Numbered from the stretch's first letter, positions 32,296 through 44,194 are shown. The stretch is 47,621 bases of DNA from Mitosporidium daphniae (GCF_000760515.2 NW_013546567.1:1-47621), one strand, 5' to 3'. The notes: generated by a model from the sequence alone, not told the origin. A program made the numbers and translations.

Positions 32296-33800
32296 ATGTC
32301 TATCAACACCAACACCGCCACCACCACCACCACCACCACCACCACTGCCACTAACATCCCAATAGCAGCAGCGGAAAACACACCAATTAAATTGACAGAG
32401 AATGGCATCCACACTGCGGCAACGTCATCTCCAATGTCGCCAAGATCGCCCATGACGGTCTCGCCGTCACTTGTTGACACGCCACCGTCAATGGAAGCGA
32501 GAATGAAAAGACCCTCGGCAGAAGGCTGCCTGTTCGTTGCAAAGTAAGGGAATTGTTTCGACTGCCGCTTCATAGCCTACCTGCGTTTTTATCAAACGAC
32601 GAACTGACGGACGAGCTTAGACGCATATTTAAACGATTTGGACCGATCCAAAGTGTGAAGGCCTCAAGAGACATAAAGGGAAGGCCGTTTGGATTTGTGC
32701 AGTTTCAAGTACCAACTTATCCCTGATTTGCTTTTCTACATAGGATGCCAGAGAGGCTGTACAAGCTTCAAAAAGTGAGCTTTTCATTGGAAAAAGAAAA
32801 ATCCGCATAGAAAAGGCAAGATGCCTGCGAAAACTTACAATTACCATCCCAGCCCCCTTTTCGCAAAAGGACGATTGTCGTCTGCTTTTGGCAGAGTGGA
32901 TAGACCAGTCTGATATTGTGACGGTCGAAGATGATGCATCTCATGTCACCATAGTTGCGAAGCTGAAAGATGACGTTGATTCGGAAGAGGCAGTTTGCGA
33001 AATGAAAAAAAGATTTTCCTCGTGGGATATCGAATGGTTCTCAAATCAGACGTACACCCAACTTGACCATGGCCATCTGGGGTTGCTACACTCTCCCCAA
33101 AATCTCGGATACTATTTTCCGGCTAATCAGAATTATTCATCTCAATACCCATATTGGATGTCGATATCGATGGCAATGAAGAACATTTCTGCTTCGTCCT
33201 CGTCCTCAGCCTCCTCCTCCTCCCCACCGCCGCAGCCGCACCTGCAGCCGCAGCCACAGAACATACACAGAATCCCACATGAGGACATTTACCTTGCCAT
33301 GGAGAGACTTTCACTTTCGCCTCCACCGCCAATTATCGTCCCAAGCAGAAGCCCACCTGGATTTGAACCAGAGATATTTGTTGGGCGTATGAATCCAGCC
33401 CATGCATCTGTAGAAAGCTTGAGAGAAAAATACTCAAAATATGGCGAGATAGAAAGCATCCAGGTCATAAATCGACCGCAAAGTAAGGGTTTATCGTGTC
33501 ATTTTAGCCACAATTCCGCCACAGGATGCATTTGCATTTGTCCGATTTACTGCTAGAAGTGCTGCCCAGAAAGCAATCAACGAAGAGAATGGAAAGCCTT
33601 GGATGGGGCAGATGCAAAGAGTCACCTGGGCACTTACAAGCAGCAAATCAAGAATCATGCAGCCATGGTGGAATAGTTCAGAGATGTGCTGCTATTCTGG
33701 GGACCAACAGCAATATCCATGGAATCACCAGCTAATGTCGATGATGATGGTGATGCNAAATAGCAGCAGCTCATTGAATAGCGGCAGACATCAGCCCTAA
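32296..33800 (+). CDS. Rim4-like multi-RRM RNA-binding protein
   Basis: RPSAEGCLFVANLPAFLSNDEL...RDIKGRPFGFVQF, EIFVGRM, DAFAFVRF...AINEENG; introns 32544-32575, 32709-32743, 33483-33507. Confidence 0.75.
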
Positions 33801-33924
33801 CCCACAATGATATCCATTCAATAAAATATTGCAGAGCATTTATTGGACAAATGACAAGTTGATAATTAATTTTCGGAGTTTAATTTGCCCTTTTAGTAAT
33901 TATTGAATTTAAAAATTTGATTGG

Positions 33925-35742
33925 ATGCAAAGTTTCCGAAGCAAAATATTCGCTAAAATGCTAGATTTTTTAAATAACTCTTTTGCTTCAATGACGCCCC
34001 GAAAACTTCTATTCCTGGTAGCTTTGATTTCCATTTTCATTTCGCTCTCATTTCAACTAAGGAAAAGGGATATACTTTCAGGGGATTTTCTCGAAGATAT
34101 AAAAGGAAATACAAACGAAATTGATTTATTAAAAGAGGCAATAAAGATCTTGGAGAGAGAGATCTTGGAGAGAGAGATCTTGGAGAGAGAGATCTTGGAG
34201 AGAGAGATTGAAAACCAAAAAAAGTCTAAAAAATCTGGCCGTAGGCATAATAGTTCAAAAAACATAAAAGCTAATAATGGCCTCTCGGAATCGACAGATT
34301 TCTCTTCTAAAAATCACCTAACCCTTCATACAATCTTAAAAAAGACGCAGACCAGGTTGGAAGAACTTGGGGGAAATAATCAAAGAGAGAATACGAAAGC
34401 GTTGAAACCCGAAGAAAATGAACCGTTGAAACCCGAAGAAAATGAATTGGAAGCCCTAAAAAAAGATGTTTTAGCCTCTTTAAAAGCAGCTCAAAATTTT
34501 TTTACAGACATAAAATCCTTGCTAAGTGAAGTAAATCTAAAAGATAAAAAACAGTATCTGCAAAAGAAAAAAACCCAGCTCGAATCAAAAGAAAATAATC
34601 TAAATATGATAATAGCCCAGATGAACCAAAAAAAAGGGGTTCCAAACGGAAATAATGCTCTAAAAGCTCTAAAAGCTCTAAAAAAATATTTAAACAAACT
34701 AAACGGGCAGTTGAGCGCTTTAAAACTACATTTAAGCGGTCTACCCAAAAAGAAACAACTCCCTCAGACAGGTCAACAAGATGCACTTTCCAGGCTTTTT
34801 ACTTGGGCTCTCAACCTCATAAACCAACCTTTTGCGTTCTGCGCCTCCTTCTATGGGTATGCAAAAACACACGTCGTTGCCTCTGGTCTGCACACCACGG
34901 CCGGGATGCTCAAAATGATCGTTCCTCTGCTTTACACATGGGCCGTATCAAGCATCCTCGATTTGGTGTTCGTGTTGATCCCGTTCACATATCAGAGGCT
35001 CGTAACCCCAGTTGGCGATCCCATCTCTACAGATGTGCACGGGTTTACAAATGGTACGCTGTCTCAAACCCCGCATGCCCACTGGCTATATACCTTGACA
35101 CCTGCCGACAAAAGCGTTCTTATTTTTGGTGTTTTTTTTCTCCAAGTCGTCTTGGTTCCTCTAGGTCTTCTTCTGGCGTCCGAACCCAAAGATGCCAACA
35201 CCCGCGGTCTTTCTGCCGCTGCAGTGGGGACACCACCCACAAAACGGAAGTGGCAACGCAAAATTGAGGCGACAGTCAGCTTTTTGACGAGCTATTTTGT
35301 GTTTTTCGATATTAATTGCCGCATTGCGGTGACGCCTTTGAGGACGATAGCGCTTCAATTGTTTCCGGGAGATTATGGAGCGCTCAAGAAAGCCCCTTTG
35401 AAGCTCTCAATGGCCGTTTCTATTTTTCTCTTTTCCGCGGATACCCTGGTGTGTCTTTACAGAAATAAGCGCCTGCCTATGCCAGTTTCGTTTTTAAAAC
35501 AGCTGTTTGGATGGCCTACACAAGGCGATCAGAGCGGTCTGCTTGCTGAATTCGTTCTCTTCATTTATTTCACGTTTTTGGGGACTTACATTGTCAGCGT
35601 TACGTCGATGGTGTGGTTTGAATTTTGGGCGTCCAAAGCTTTCTTTTCCGAAGCGATGCTTAGTTTAGTTTTCTTTGTGCTCTACAAATACGCTCCTGCA
35701 TTCAACAACAGCAAAAAGAACAACCCGACCAAGCAAAGCTGA
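33925..35742 (+). CDS. Hypothetical protein: N-terminal TM, coiled coil, multi-TM C-half
   Basis: 605-aa intronless ORF with internal repeats; no recognised family. Confidence 0.7.
   Translation: MQSFRSKIFAKMLDFLNNSFASMTPRKLLFLVALISIFISLSFQLRKRDILSGDFLEDIKGNTNEIDLLKEAIKILEREILEREILEREILEREIENQKKSKKSGRRHNSSKNIKANNGLSESTDFSSKNHLTLHTILKKTQTRLEELGGNNQRENTKALKPEENEPLKPEENELEALKKDVLASLKAAQNFFTDIKSLLSEVNLKDKKQYLQKKKTQLESKENNLNMIIAQMNQKKGVPNGNNALKALKALKKYLNKLNGQLSALKLHLSGLPKKKQLPQTGQQDALSRLFTWALNLINQPFAFCASFYGYAKTHVVASGLHTTAGMLKMIVPLLYTWAVSSILDLVFVLIPFTYQRLVTPVGDPISTDVHGFTNGTLSQTPHAHWLYTLTPADKSVLIFGVFFLQVVLVPLGLLLASEPKDANTRGLSAAAVGTPPTKRKWQRKIEATVSFLTSYFVFFDINCRIAVTPLRTIALQLFPGDYGALKKAPLKLSMAVSIFLFSADTLVCLYRNKRLPMPVSFLKQLFGWPTQGDQSGLLAEFVLFIYFTFLGTYIVSVTSMVWFEFWASKAFFSEAMLSLVFFVLYKYAPAFNNSKKNNPTKQS
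34146..34205 (+). repeat. Perfect 15-bp coding tandem repeat x4 (ILERE)
   Basis: (gatcttggagagaga)4; also a 24-bp duplication at 34401-34447 and (gctctaaaa)3 at 34657-34683. Confidence 0.92.
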
Positions 35743-36385
35743 CCGACGTCAACGCAAGATTATGTGCCAAAAAACCAGCCAACGCGGAATTGCATTGAAA
35801 AATAAATTTGACTTTTTAAGACCGCCAGGTAACAACGAGATGCGAGCATCTCGTTGTGTACAATCGAAAATTCAAGCTTATGGTGTCGCTGCGGCCATGC
35901 TCCAGGCATTGTATAACCCATGCGAGGGCCGCTCAAATGCATTCTTTCAAGTCACAGAGACAGATATCAGATTTTGTCTTCCCGCTCGATGATATTAAGT
36001 CAATTAAATAGCACCAAGATATTCAAATGTTAAGGAAAACCCCGCCCTTCTAATGTTAGTCTGAGTTGTCTTTTTCAGCTTTCCCCCCAAATATCGGCTT
36101 TAAATTCATTGATAGATTAATGGATTACACAGGGCAGAGCTAGAGGTGGCGGCCTTACATGATCCACGCACATCAACGTGCAAATAGTTACCGTAGAGAA
36201 ACCGATCTGTGGAAATACGCCTGTAGGTATTCACTTAGGAGTGAAAGACCAGCATTTATGTCCACAAAGCTATAATTTACTTAATCCATTTGGGGTTGGC
36301 AGTCACATCGTTACCGATAAGCATTGAAGGACATGATGCTGCAAGTAGCCAATTAGGAAGCGACTTTAAATAGGTCGTTAATTTA

Positions 36386-37163
36386 TTAAGTGGATATCGA
36401 ATAGAGAGGAAGGGCCGTCGAGGATGTACTCTTAATATGAACCGATTGCACGTTGTTGAGTGAACCGCCTGGGATTTGCTTAATCGCATGCGAGAGCACT
36501 GTTAGAATGTTCGCCTCAATCTCCTCTAAGGGCATGTCGAGCGTGGCAACCTTGATAGAAATACATCTTCCATTGGACGGAAAGTAAAGCGGCGTTGTCC
36601 TGGATGCCTCTTCAATGATCTTGAGAAATGACACTTTATCCGGGGATTGAGGAAGCTTTACGGGAATAGGGAGCCTTTTCTTTTCGAAAAAACTCTTCCC
36701 AAGCAATGGCGGCAGCATCCTTAAAATTCGCCTATCAGCTAAAAACAGCTCAAACGAGGCAATAAGTTGACGTTTGGCCTCAAAAGGCTTATACTCCTTT
36801 CGAAGCTTCTCTATGCTGATGATCTAAGGTAAGATGATTAAACGTTACAGTCAGGTTTGGAGGCGCAAGCGATGTATAGGTGGAAGATAGGCCATCTTTT
36901 GAAAAGAGACATGTTTTTTTTGGCTGTGAATGGGGAAGGGGCAGTGGTATAGGCAAAGCGCCATTTTTGCTTGTTATATTCCGTTTGACGTTGATTATGA
37001 GGAATAGTTGCAGATCGGTTTCAGAATCAAGAAAGGTGAGCGGTCGATTTTTTGTCGCCTCAACAGTGTCTTTTTCATTTTCTTTTCCCATAGTGTGCAT
37101 GACCAAGCCCCTAATCGACTTGGAAAGGACCTTCCGATCCACAATCTGGTTGGCGAGCATCAT
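36386..37163 (-). CDS. Ribosomal L1-domain protein (Utp30/Cic1/RSL1D1 family)
   Basis: IPLPLPHS, KLRKEYKPFEAKRQL, LFLADRRI, LLGKSFF...PIPV, HIKSTSSTALPLY; intron 36824-36848. Confidence 0.9.
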
Positions 37164-37297
37164 CGGGTAGAAAATTTTAAAAATCCAACACAATTTAAAT
37201 TTTAAAGTGCAATTTACATTTGCTAGCTTAAAAGGAAAAGCAATCGATTTGCATGTTGTGATCAGGATGACTCAATAATTTTCCAAGAGCCGCTGTT

Positions 37298-38200
37298 ATG
37301 ACTTCCACCACAAACTCGATTGCAGTAAAGGAAATGGCCATGCTTCCGCTTAACGCAGATGGCCGGCTTTATCATCTTGGTCTGAAGCGTGGAGAACTGG
37401 CCCCACGCATACTTACTGTTGGCGACTACGGGCGCGCAGAGCGCATTGCAAAGGAGTCGTTAAAGAACATTGTTTTCCAGCACACTTCCGACCGCGGATT
37501 TTCAACATGGACAGGCTATTTTGATGGCGAGCTTGTCTCCATTGTGTCCATTGGGATGGGATTACCTATGATGGACTTCATGCTGCGCGAAGCACGAACG
37601 ATAGTCGACGGTCCGATGGCTGTAATCAGATTCGGTACATGTGGCTCATTAAATGCTGAGGATGAAATCGGCTCCATTTGTGTGTCCACGGCTTCCTGTC
37701 TTGTCTCCCGAAATCCAAATTATTTCATTGCAAAGCGTTCATCGGCCTCCTCAAAGACCACCACGCCATATGCCGTATCTGAGCTGGAACAGTCAGACAC
37801 TTCGCTTACCAGCCTTTTACTTTCCTCGCTTTCGGAGGAGAAAGAGGTTGTTGCTGTCTCTGGAATCAATGCCACCGCTGATTCATTCTACTCTTCGCAA
37901 GGACGGCGTGTGGGGGATCCCGCCTCGAACACATTGTATTTTGTGGATGAAAACGAGGAACTCATCGATTCTCTGACCCGCTCCACTCACCCTGTACGGA
38001 CGCTGGAAATGGAAACCTTCCAGCTTCTTCACTTGGCAAACTGCGCATCGACAACCAAAATCCATGCAACTGCCATGGTAATGATTGTAGCAAATCGCCC
38101 AAAGAATCTCTTTGCATTCTCCGACGAGCGCAAGGAGCTTTTGGAGCGTATCGCAGGCCGTTGCGCTTTACAAGCCCTCTCTAAACAATCCCTTCTTTAA
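37298..38200 (+). CDS. Uridine/nucleoside phosphorylase (PNP_UDP_1 family)
   Basis: YHLGL, TVGD, SIGMG, IRFGTCG, ATADSFYSSQGR, LEMET. Confidence 0.92.
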   Translation: MTSTTNSIAVKEMAMLPLNADGRLYHLGLKRGELAPRILTVGDYGRAERIAKESLKNIVFQHTSDRGFSTWTGYFDGELVSIVSIGMGLPMMDFMLREARTIVDGPMAVIRFGTCGSLNAEDEIGSICVSTASCLVSRNPNYFIAKRSSASSKTTTPYAVSELEQSDTSLTSLLLSSLSEEKEVVAVSGINATADSFYSSQGRRVGDPASNTLYFVDENEELIDSLTRSTHPVRTLEMETFQLLHLANCASTTKIHATAMVMIVANRPKNLFAFSDERKELLERIAGRCALQALSKQSLL

Positions 38201-38289
38201 TAAAATTTTAAAGGCGCCAGTCCTGAAGCAGTGTTGCCTGCTAACAGACCATGTGGGGGTGTGAAGGTCTTTTGGATAGTTTATTAGCG

Positions 38290-39593
38290 TTAGACGCGGG
38301 TAGCAGGCCGGACAAGCGGTTCTCCATAGCTCTTGGTGGTCTCATCTGGCGAAGAGGCGCCTAGCGGCACCGGAGCTTTTGCAGCTTCGCCACGTGTAGT
38401 ACGTGGTGGAGAATCTCCATCTCTCATCGCTTGAATCTCAGATGCGGTCAGAAAGCGGCCTCCAGGGCCCCGCGGCCGCCGCATGGCATGCTTGTGGCGT
38501 GATTCGTGCATGTACGGTTTCTAAAGGAAAGAAACCGAGTCCAAACCTTTGTTCTTTTAAGCTTGGCAACCTGCGCTTCGAAGCGTGTGCGCGCATCGCG
38601 ACGCTTGAGGATGCGATGATACTGCTTTGCATTGACATAGAGTGGTTCATCCTCCAGCATTTCTAGGTTTCGATAGAAGGATGAGGCTGCGGCTGCGGCT
38701 GCCGAATTCATTGCCATCGCGGGTGATGAATTCGGCAGCGAAGAGAAGGCTGGGCCCTGGGCGTTCTAAAATTAACATATACGCGAATACAGAGCCCATC
38801 ATTGCGTGGTTTTGAATGGCCATGCCATGATGTTGGTGATGGTGCATCGGGCGTGCATTTCCATAAAGTTGTTGATGCTGTGCATGGTGTGACTGGGAAG
38901 CGGCACTCATGCCGCTGGGTGCTGCTGGGCTTCCGCCATATGTGGGTCCATGGTGCTGTTGATTAGCCATGAGTCCATGGGGATTGTGTTCCTGGGACTG
39001 TCCAGAGGGCACCCCGAAAGGTGCTCCTCCGTTTGCCGAAACAGAAGATGTCTGTGAAGATGAGAATGTAGGGCCCGAAGAGGGGTACTGTCCCGTGGGA
39101 ATAGATTGCTGGAATTGGCTTGTCGATTGGACCGCCATCATCATTTCTGATTTGTTGGGCTGTTGGATATGGGTGACATGGCCGCCCATGCCCTCCTCCT
39201 CTTGCTGGTTCATCATCATGAGAAGCATAAGTTTGGCGGATGGCGATGCACTCGAATTTTTCTTGATATTGTGACTATGGTTTCCATCAGCGCCGGTACT
39301 GTCGCCATTCCTATTATCACCACAATCTAAGGGTTAGCAAGCTGATATTGCTGATGGTGAAAATGATAACAAAAGTGATCCCAAAATAATGTGTTGATGA
39401 TGTATTTTGTGGGATGTCAATCTCTCGATCATCACCAAGTGGCTGGTTACCAACCTGAAAACGAGGCAGCCGCCCGTTTGCGTGGGGCAGCCATTTCAAG
39501 CGCCCTCGCACTGGAAGTCTTTTCAGGGTGTATGGTCGCATTGTTGGCGTCGATTGTGGACATGTCATCTGCGGAAGTGCTAGCACGAATCAT
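38290..39593 (-). CDS. HAP2: CCAAT-binding factor subunit Hap2/NF-YA; first exon tentative
   Basis: [17 protein letters not shown]...[24 protein letters not shown]; introns 38521-38546, 38766-38790, 39327-39454. Confidence 0.92.
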
Positions 39594-40025
39594 GGCTATT
39601 GGCCAAATGTATCCAATCAAAATCAAATCCCTTGCGTTTTCTATTGCTGCATTTTTCGGCTGTGTTTAGGGTTACATTTGAGCGATATTTGCATTAATTA
39701 CTTTAATTGGTGACGTATACATTTATGGTGATGGCAGTTTCGATCATATTGGAGACATTAAAAGCAAACCACTGCATGAAAAATGCTTTTAATTTGATTT
39801 TTCCCGCATTTGAAGTGTCGCTTTTGAAAACAGACGTTTTAAAATGCTCCGAACGCGTTTGAATGCCACCAGACCATAGTACAACCGAATTTGTGTAAAT
39901 TTGAAATAATCGGGTGTGCCATTTTTCGGGGCCATCAACCCTAGACCGGTCCGAAATTAGCAATTGATGCATATATCAAAGTTGGTGGCAAGGAGGGGCG
40001 TAACTACACCTTTTTTAATTTCAAG

Positions 40026-41810
40026 ATGTCAATTTCCGTGCCCGTTCGCATGGTTGGCACCATTGACCAGGGTACGTCCTCCACCCGGTTTATCCTGTTT
40101 GATCGAGACACCCTGCAGGTGGTGCATCGGCAGCGGTCATCTGTCTCGCTTAAATCACGAGCACCACAGCAAGGCTGGGCCGAGTTCTGCCCGCGACAAA
40201 TAATATCTTCTGTAATGGACGCCATGGAAACTGCCTGTGCTCATCTTGCCCCTGAAAATACCGTTGAAGGTTAGGGCAGTAGCTTGCTTTCGCCCTAGCG
40301 ATTGGAATTGTCAACCAACGGGAGTCCGTTTTGGCCTGGGACCGAGGCAGTGGCGAGCCTTTGACACCAGCGATTTGTATGCATGCCCTTTCTAATATCA
40401 AGTGTGGTACGACAATCGTACTGCTGACCTCGTCTCAAAGTTCCGTGAAAAGGAGCTTGGAGCGACCACAACAGTGCAGAGCCTGACGGGACTGCCTGTT
40501 TCAACGTACTTTTCTGCAGTGAAGATCAAATGGCTGCTGGAAAACGAGCCTTATGCCTCGAAAATACGCCAGGCGTTAGAAACGTCAAATCTCCGGATAG
40601 GAACTATTGATACATGGATTCTTGATGTATGGACTCGTTTTGATTGTAGAGGATCACCGGGGGAAAGTCTTACTTTACCGATATTACCAATGCTGCGAGA
40701 ACGAGTCTGATGAACATTCACACGGGCATGTGGGATGCGGCTCTTTTTGAGTTTTTTGAACTGGGTCCCTCGCTCCTCAGTGCAATGCCAGAGATTCGGT
40801 CAAATTGCGACCCGCTTTTTGGAAACACAGCGATCTTTAAGAAAGGTTCTTTGCTCGACGGTGTTCCAATTACGGCAATGCTGGGAGATCAGCACGCTTC
40901 ATTGCTTGGTCACCATTGCCTTCGCCCTGGTGAAGCAAAAGCAACGTTTGGCACTGGGTGCTTCCTCATGATGAACACGGGCGCTGAGTTGGTTTTCTCA
41001 CCAGGGCTTGTGACTACCATTGCTTTCCAATTGGGAAAAAATGCTCCGGTTGTTCATGCAGTGGAGGGCTCCATTGCAATGGCCAGCCGCCTTATGAGTT
41101 GGCTGCAGGAAACGCTTCACATCCCCCCGTCGAGCGATGGCTCGATGGAAATTGGTATGCCCCTCAACCTTTTTTCTGTTGTTCCATAGCTTTTATTGGC
41201 ATTTATTGATCCGGATTATTTCGATTGCGACACCTTTTACGCTTTTGCTTATTTTAGATAGCTTTCTATGTCAGGTAGCAGATGCAGGCGGTGTTTCATT
41301 CCTCTCTTCATTGACAGGAATTTATTCACCAGTGTGGAGGAGCGATTTGAAGGGATCAATTCACGGCCTCACGTTGGAGACAAAACCGGAACATATTTGC
41401 AGAGCCGCTGTGGAGTCCATCGCCTTCCAGACGAAAATGGTATGCATCATCTTTGCATTTTGTAGATCATCGATGAAATGACACATTGCTCTGTGAGTGG
41501 GGCAACTTCAGCGGGGCTTTCCGTAGATGGCGGTCTCTCACTCTCAAATGTTCTATGCCAAATTGAAGCTGATGTCCTGTCTCGCCCAATATTTAGGCCT
41601 GCAGAACAGGAGCTTTCTGCCCTTGGTGGTGCCGTTGCTGCCCTTATCGGTGCCAATAGTGACACCATGGATCACATGTTAAACAAGCTGCATGGGTGCG
41701 ACGCAATGAAAAATGCCGACAGCTTCAGCCCGAACACGGCACAGAGAAATCTGGACGCCTTTGAAAGGTGGAAAACATTGCTGGAAAGGGAGCTCTTCCA
41801 GCATCATTGA
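40026..41810 (+). CDS. GUT1: Glycerol kinase
   Basis: IDQGTSSTR, NQRES, YFSAVK, GDQHA, KATFGTGCF, VDGG; introns 40270-40298, 40377-40402, 40627-40649, 41155-41257, 41440-41465. Confidence 0.95.
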
Positions 41811-41911
41811 GAATCTGAAATAAATTTTAAATTGTCTCAAGGTTAAGCCAATAGGATCATCTTTTGCATCATGAAAACGGATCCTTCATCAATCTATACC
41901 TAACCCTGAGC

Positions 41912-42330
41912 ATGGAAAGATCCGGGATGCCATCGTCATCCTCGTCATCCTCTTCTTCTTCGTCGTCATCGTTTATTATTTCTGTCGGCATGGAGTCTGA
42001 AAGCCGCCCCATTTCAACGATTGAGGTATGATGAAAAGCTCATTCCCAGGTGGAAGGTGATCTTTCTCAGCTACATTCGCTGATCCAATCGAACATTGCA
42101 AAAGTCACAGCACGCGGCGAAGACATGGACCAGCTAAAAACTCAAGCCAGTATTTCTTTTTGTTTATCCGTGTAGATGACTTGTTGGAGCAGACTCAACA
42201 GTTTAAGAAAAGCGCCGATGACACGGAGGTGTACATTAGGAAAAAGGCATACTCGTCCATGTTCACTACGTCACTTTGGGTGGTCTTTGTGGTGATGTTT
42301 GTGTTCGGTATGAAGATCTTTTGTGACTGA
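41912..42330 (+). CDS. Short R-SNARE (synaptobrevin/VAMP), absent from ORF track
   Basis: Introns 42026-42049 and 42150-42175 give LIQSNIAKVTARGEDMDQLKTQANDLLEQTQQFKKSA plus C-terminal TM. Confidence 0.82.
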
Positions 42331-42408
42331 ACATAGCTCTTATTGTATTTACGATGAAGTCCGGGCTCTGGAAGGTGGCGCTCCTTTAGATTCTTTCAAA
42401 GGCCAGGC

Positions 42409-43482
42409 CTAGCGGTTTGCACATGCTGAATTCCGATCCAAGGACTTGCAACAGGCATAGCCCCAAGAACCGTCGTTCCAAAACGACCCCCACGCAGACG
42501 AATGTGTTGCATAAGACCTGTTCTCGTCCGTAGGAATTGGAACAAATGGCTTGGAATCCTCTGTAGAAGCACTGGCAGCTGGTTCGCTATCGATTTCCAC
42601 AGAGCCTTGATTCTTTGCGTTGACAGCTGTCTTTTTGTAGCGTTCAAATTCAAGGGCCACCTGTGTAGGCGATGTCTGCGGGAGAAGCGTCGATTTGCGA
42701 TTTGGGTCCCAGCAGAATAGATCAAGTTCGGTTGGCAACTGTGACAGATCCGAAAACGACGCACGTACCCATCTTTCTTGTATCGGCCCTCCGGACTCGG
42801 GTGCTCTAAGAGAGCGTGTCTTGGGATCATAAATGGCTTCTTTGGAAACATTTTTTTGCAAGTATTTTGCCGTATCTTCGCGGATTCGAAGGTTTCTCAC
42901 GGTCATTCTAGACTTGGATTCGAAATCAAGCTTTTGGTTTACAATTGTGTCGACCTCCTGCTCCATAGAAGCATCTTTGGAGACAAATCGAGACAGTAGA
43001 CCTTCGTATAGGGGCTCAACGTGCTCCTTGAAAGTGGTAGACTCAAAATTCTTCCAGTTGTCGCGCTTTTCATCGTAATTTGATAAAAGCTTGATTCCTG
43101 GAAGCACCGGTGGATTCTCATCTTTGGGGATCGATGGTATCTCGTCAGGACCAATATCTTGGCCGCTCCATTTCGCACCGATCTTTCGAGGTCTCTCCAG
43201 ACAATCACGACGTGCATGCGTTGCCGAACCGCAATTTTCACACGCGCCTTTTCTGTATTTTGTCGAATGGATGATGGAAATTTGATGCTTTTTTGGAAGC
43301 AATTGGGTGACAAGAATCGACTTTTGGTGGGCAAGGTTTTCAGCCTCGTTTCCAGTATACCCTAAAGTAAAATGGAATCATATACATGGTGCTTTGGATA
43401 TGTACTTTGGAATGTACGGATTTACAGCCGCATCCTGCTTGCTGTCATCTTCGTGTGATTGAGATGCGGAACGTTCCTGCAT
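42409..43482 (-). CDS. SLU7: Second-step splicing factor Slu7
   Basis: NPYIPKYISKAPWY, CENCGSATHARRDCLERPRKIGAKW, VRNLRIREDTAKYL, YDPKTR, WGYACC; intron 43362-43385. Confidence 0.95.
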
Positions 43483-43648
43483 TTAAATGACGCCGATAAA
43501 AATTTTAATTTAAATTTAAAGCGTCACCACCGGTACGCTATCAATTGGCCAAATGTGGCTGGGTGACCGACCAATTTCACCTTCACCACAGCCTGATGAC
43601 AAAAAAATCTGTTCACACATGTCGATATAAAAAGAACTCGAATTTTAT

Positions 43649-44194
43649 TTATCTTTTACTGTTTGCGCGATTTTTCGCTTGAATTCTGCGGGCTTTTCCT
43701 GGCCGTTGTTTTTTGGTATTTTTCCTAGCCAGCGGCGATTTCGGAAGATACCGCTTCCTTCTTTGAGCCTGCTCGTCGTTGTCAGAGTCTGCTACATGTA
43801 CGCCAAAGTCATCTTCTTCCGCATCCTGATCGAGTGGAGAAAGTTGGGAGCGGTTTTTCTTTGAGGTTGTTCGCTGTTTTAGCGTTTCTTTTTGGACCTG
43901 CGCTGATATTTTCTTTAAAGTTCGTTGTTTCCGCGCCTCGACGCGCGCAATTCTATCTGAATTTATAGCATTTGCTTTAGCTTGAAGGCGATTCATATGC
44001 TCTTTGCTCTTCAGCATCATGTCTGCAGATTCGAGTGTTTCTTTGGATGGAGGAAATGTGCAAACATTGGCCATACACAGCAACGCCTGCTTTGCACATT
44101 GATAGAAGAATGTTTCTCTTTGCAGATCATCATTATGATCGGGGATGCTACTAGCACACGTATCAACAACGCAATGAAGGAACGTAAAGCTCAT
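43649..44194 (-). CDS. EBP2: rRNA-processing protein Ebp2, shortened
   Basis: DDLQRETFFYQCA, ADMMLKSKEHM, KRPGKARR-like tail; probable in-frame intron 44151-44183. Confidence 0.75.
   Translation of the reverse strand: MSFTFLHCVVDTCASSIPDHNDDLQRETFFYQCAKQALLCMANVCTFPPSKETLESADMMLKSKEHMNRLQAKANAINSDRIARVEARKQRTLKKISAQVQKETLKQRTTSKKNRSQLSPLDQDAEEDDFGVHVADSDNDEQAQRRKRYLPKSPLARKNTKKQRPGKARRIQAKNRANSKR

Noticed and set aside
21824..33757. Single N bases at 21824, 22669, 29222 and 33757
   Set aside because: Assembly ambiguities, perhaps heterozygous sites; frames are preserved. They are only a caution for single-base findings.
36119..36334. Possible tiny spliced minus-strand gene (MSFNAYR|FVDIN...)
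   Set aside because: Under 45 aa, ambiguous introns and no homology I can recognise.
41155..41257. 103-nt GUT1 intron containing ACCTTTTAC (U5 loop-like)
   Set aside because: No U5 stem or Sm site and no C/D boxes; the internal AG leads to a stop.
41851..41860. TAGGATCAT resembling U3 box A
   Set aside because: Other U3 boxes are not found and the region leads into an R-SNARE gene.
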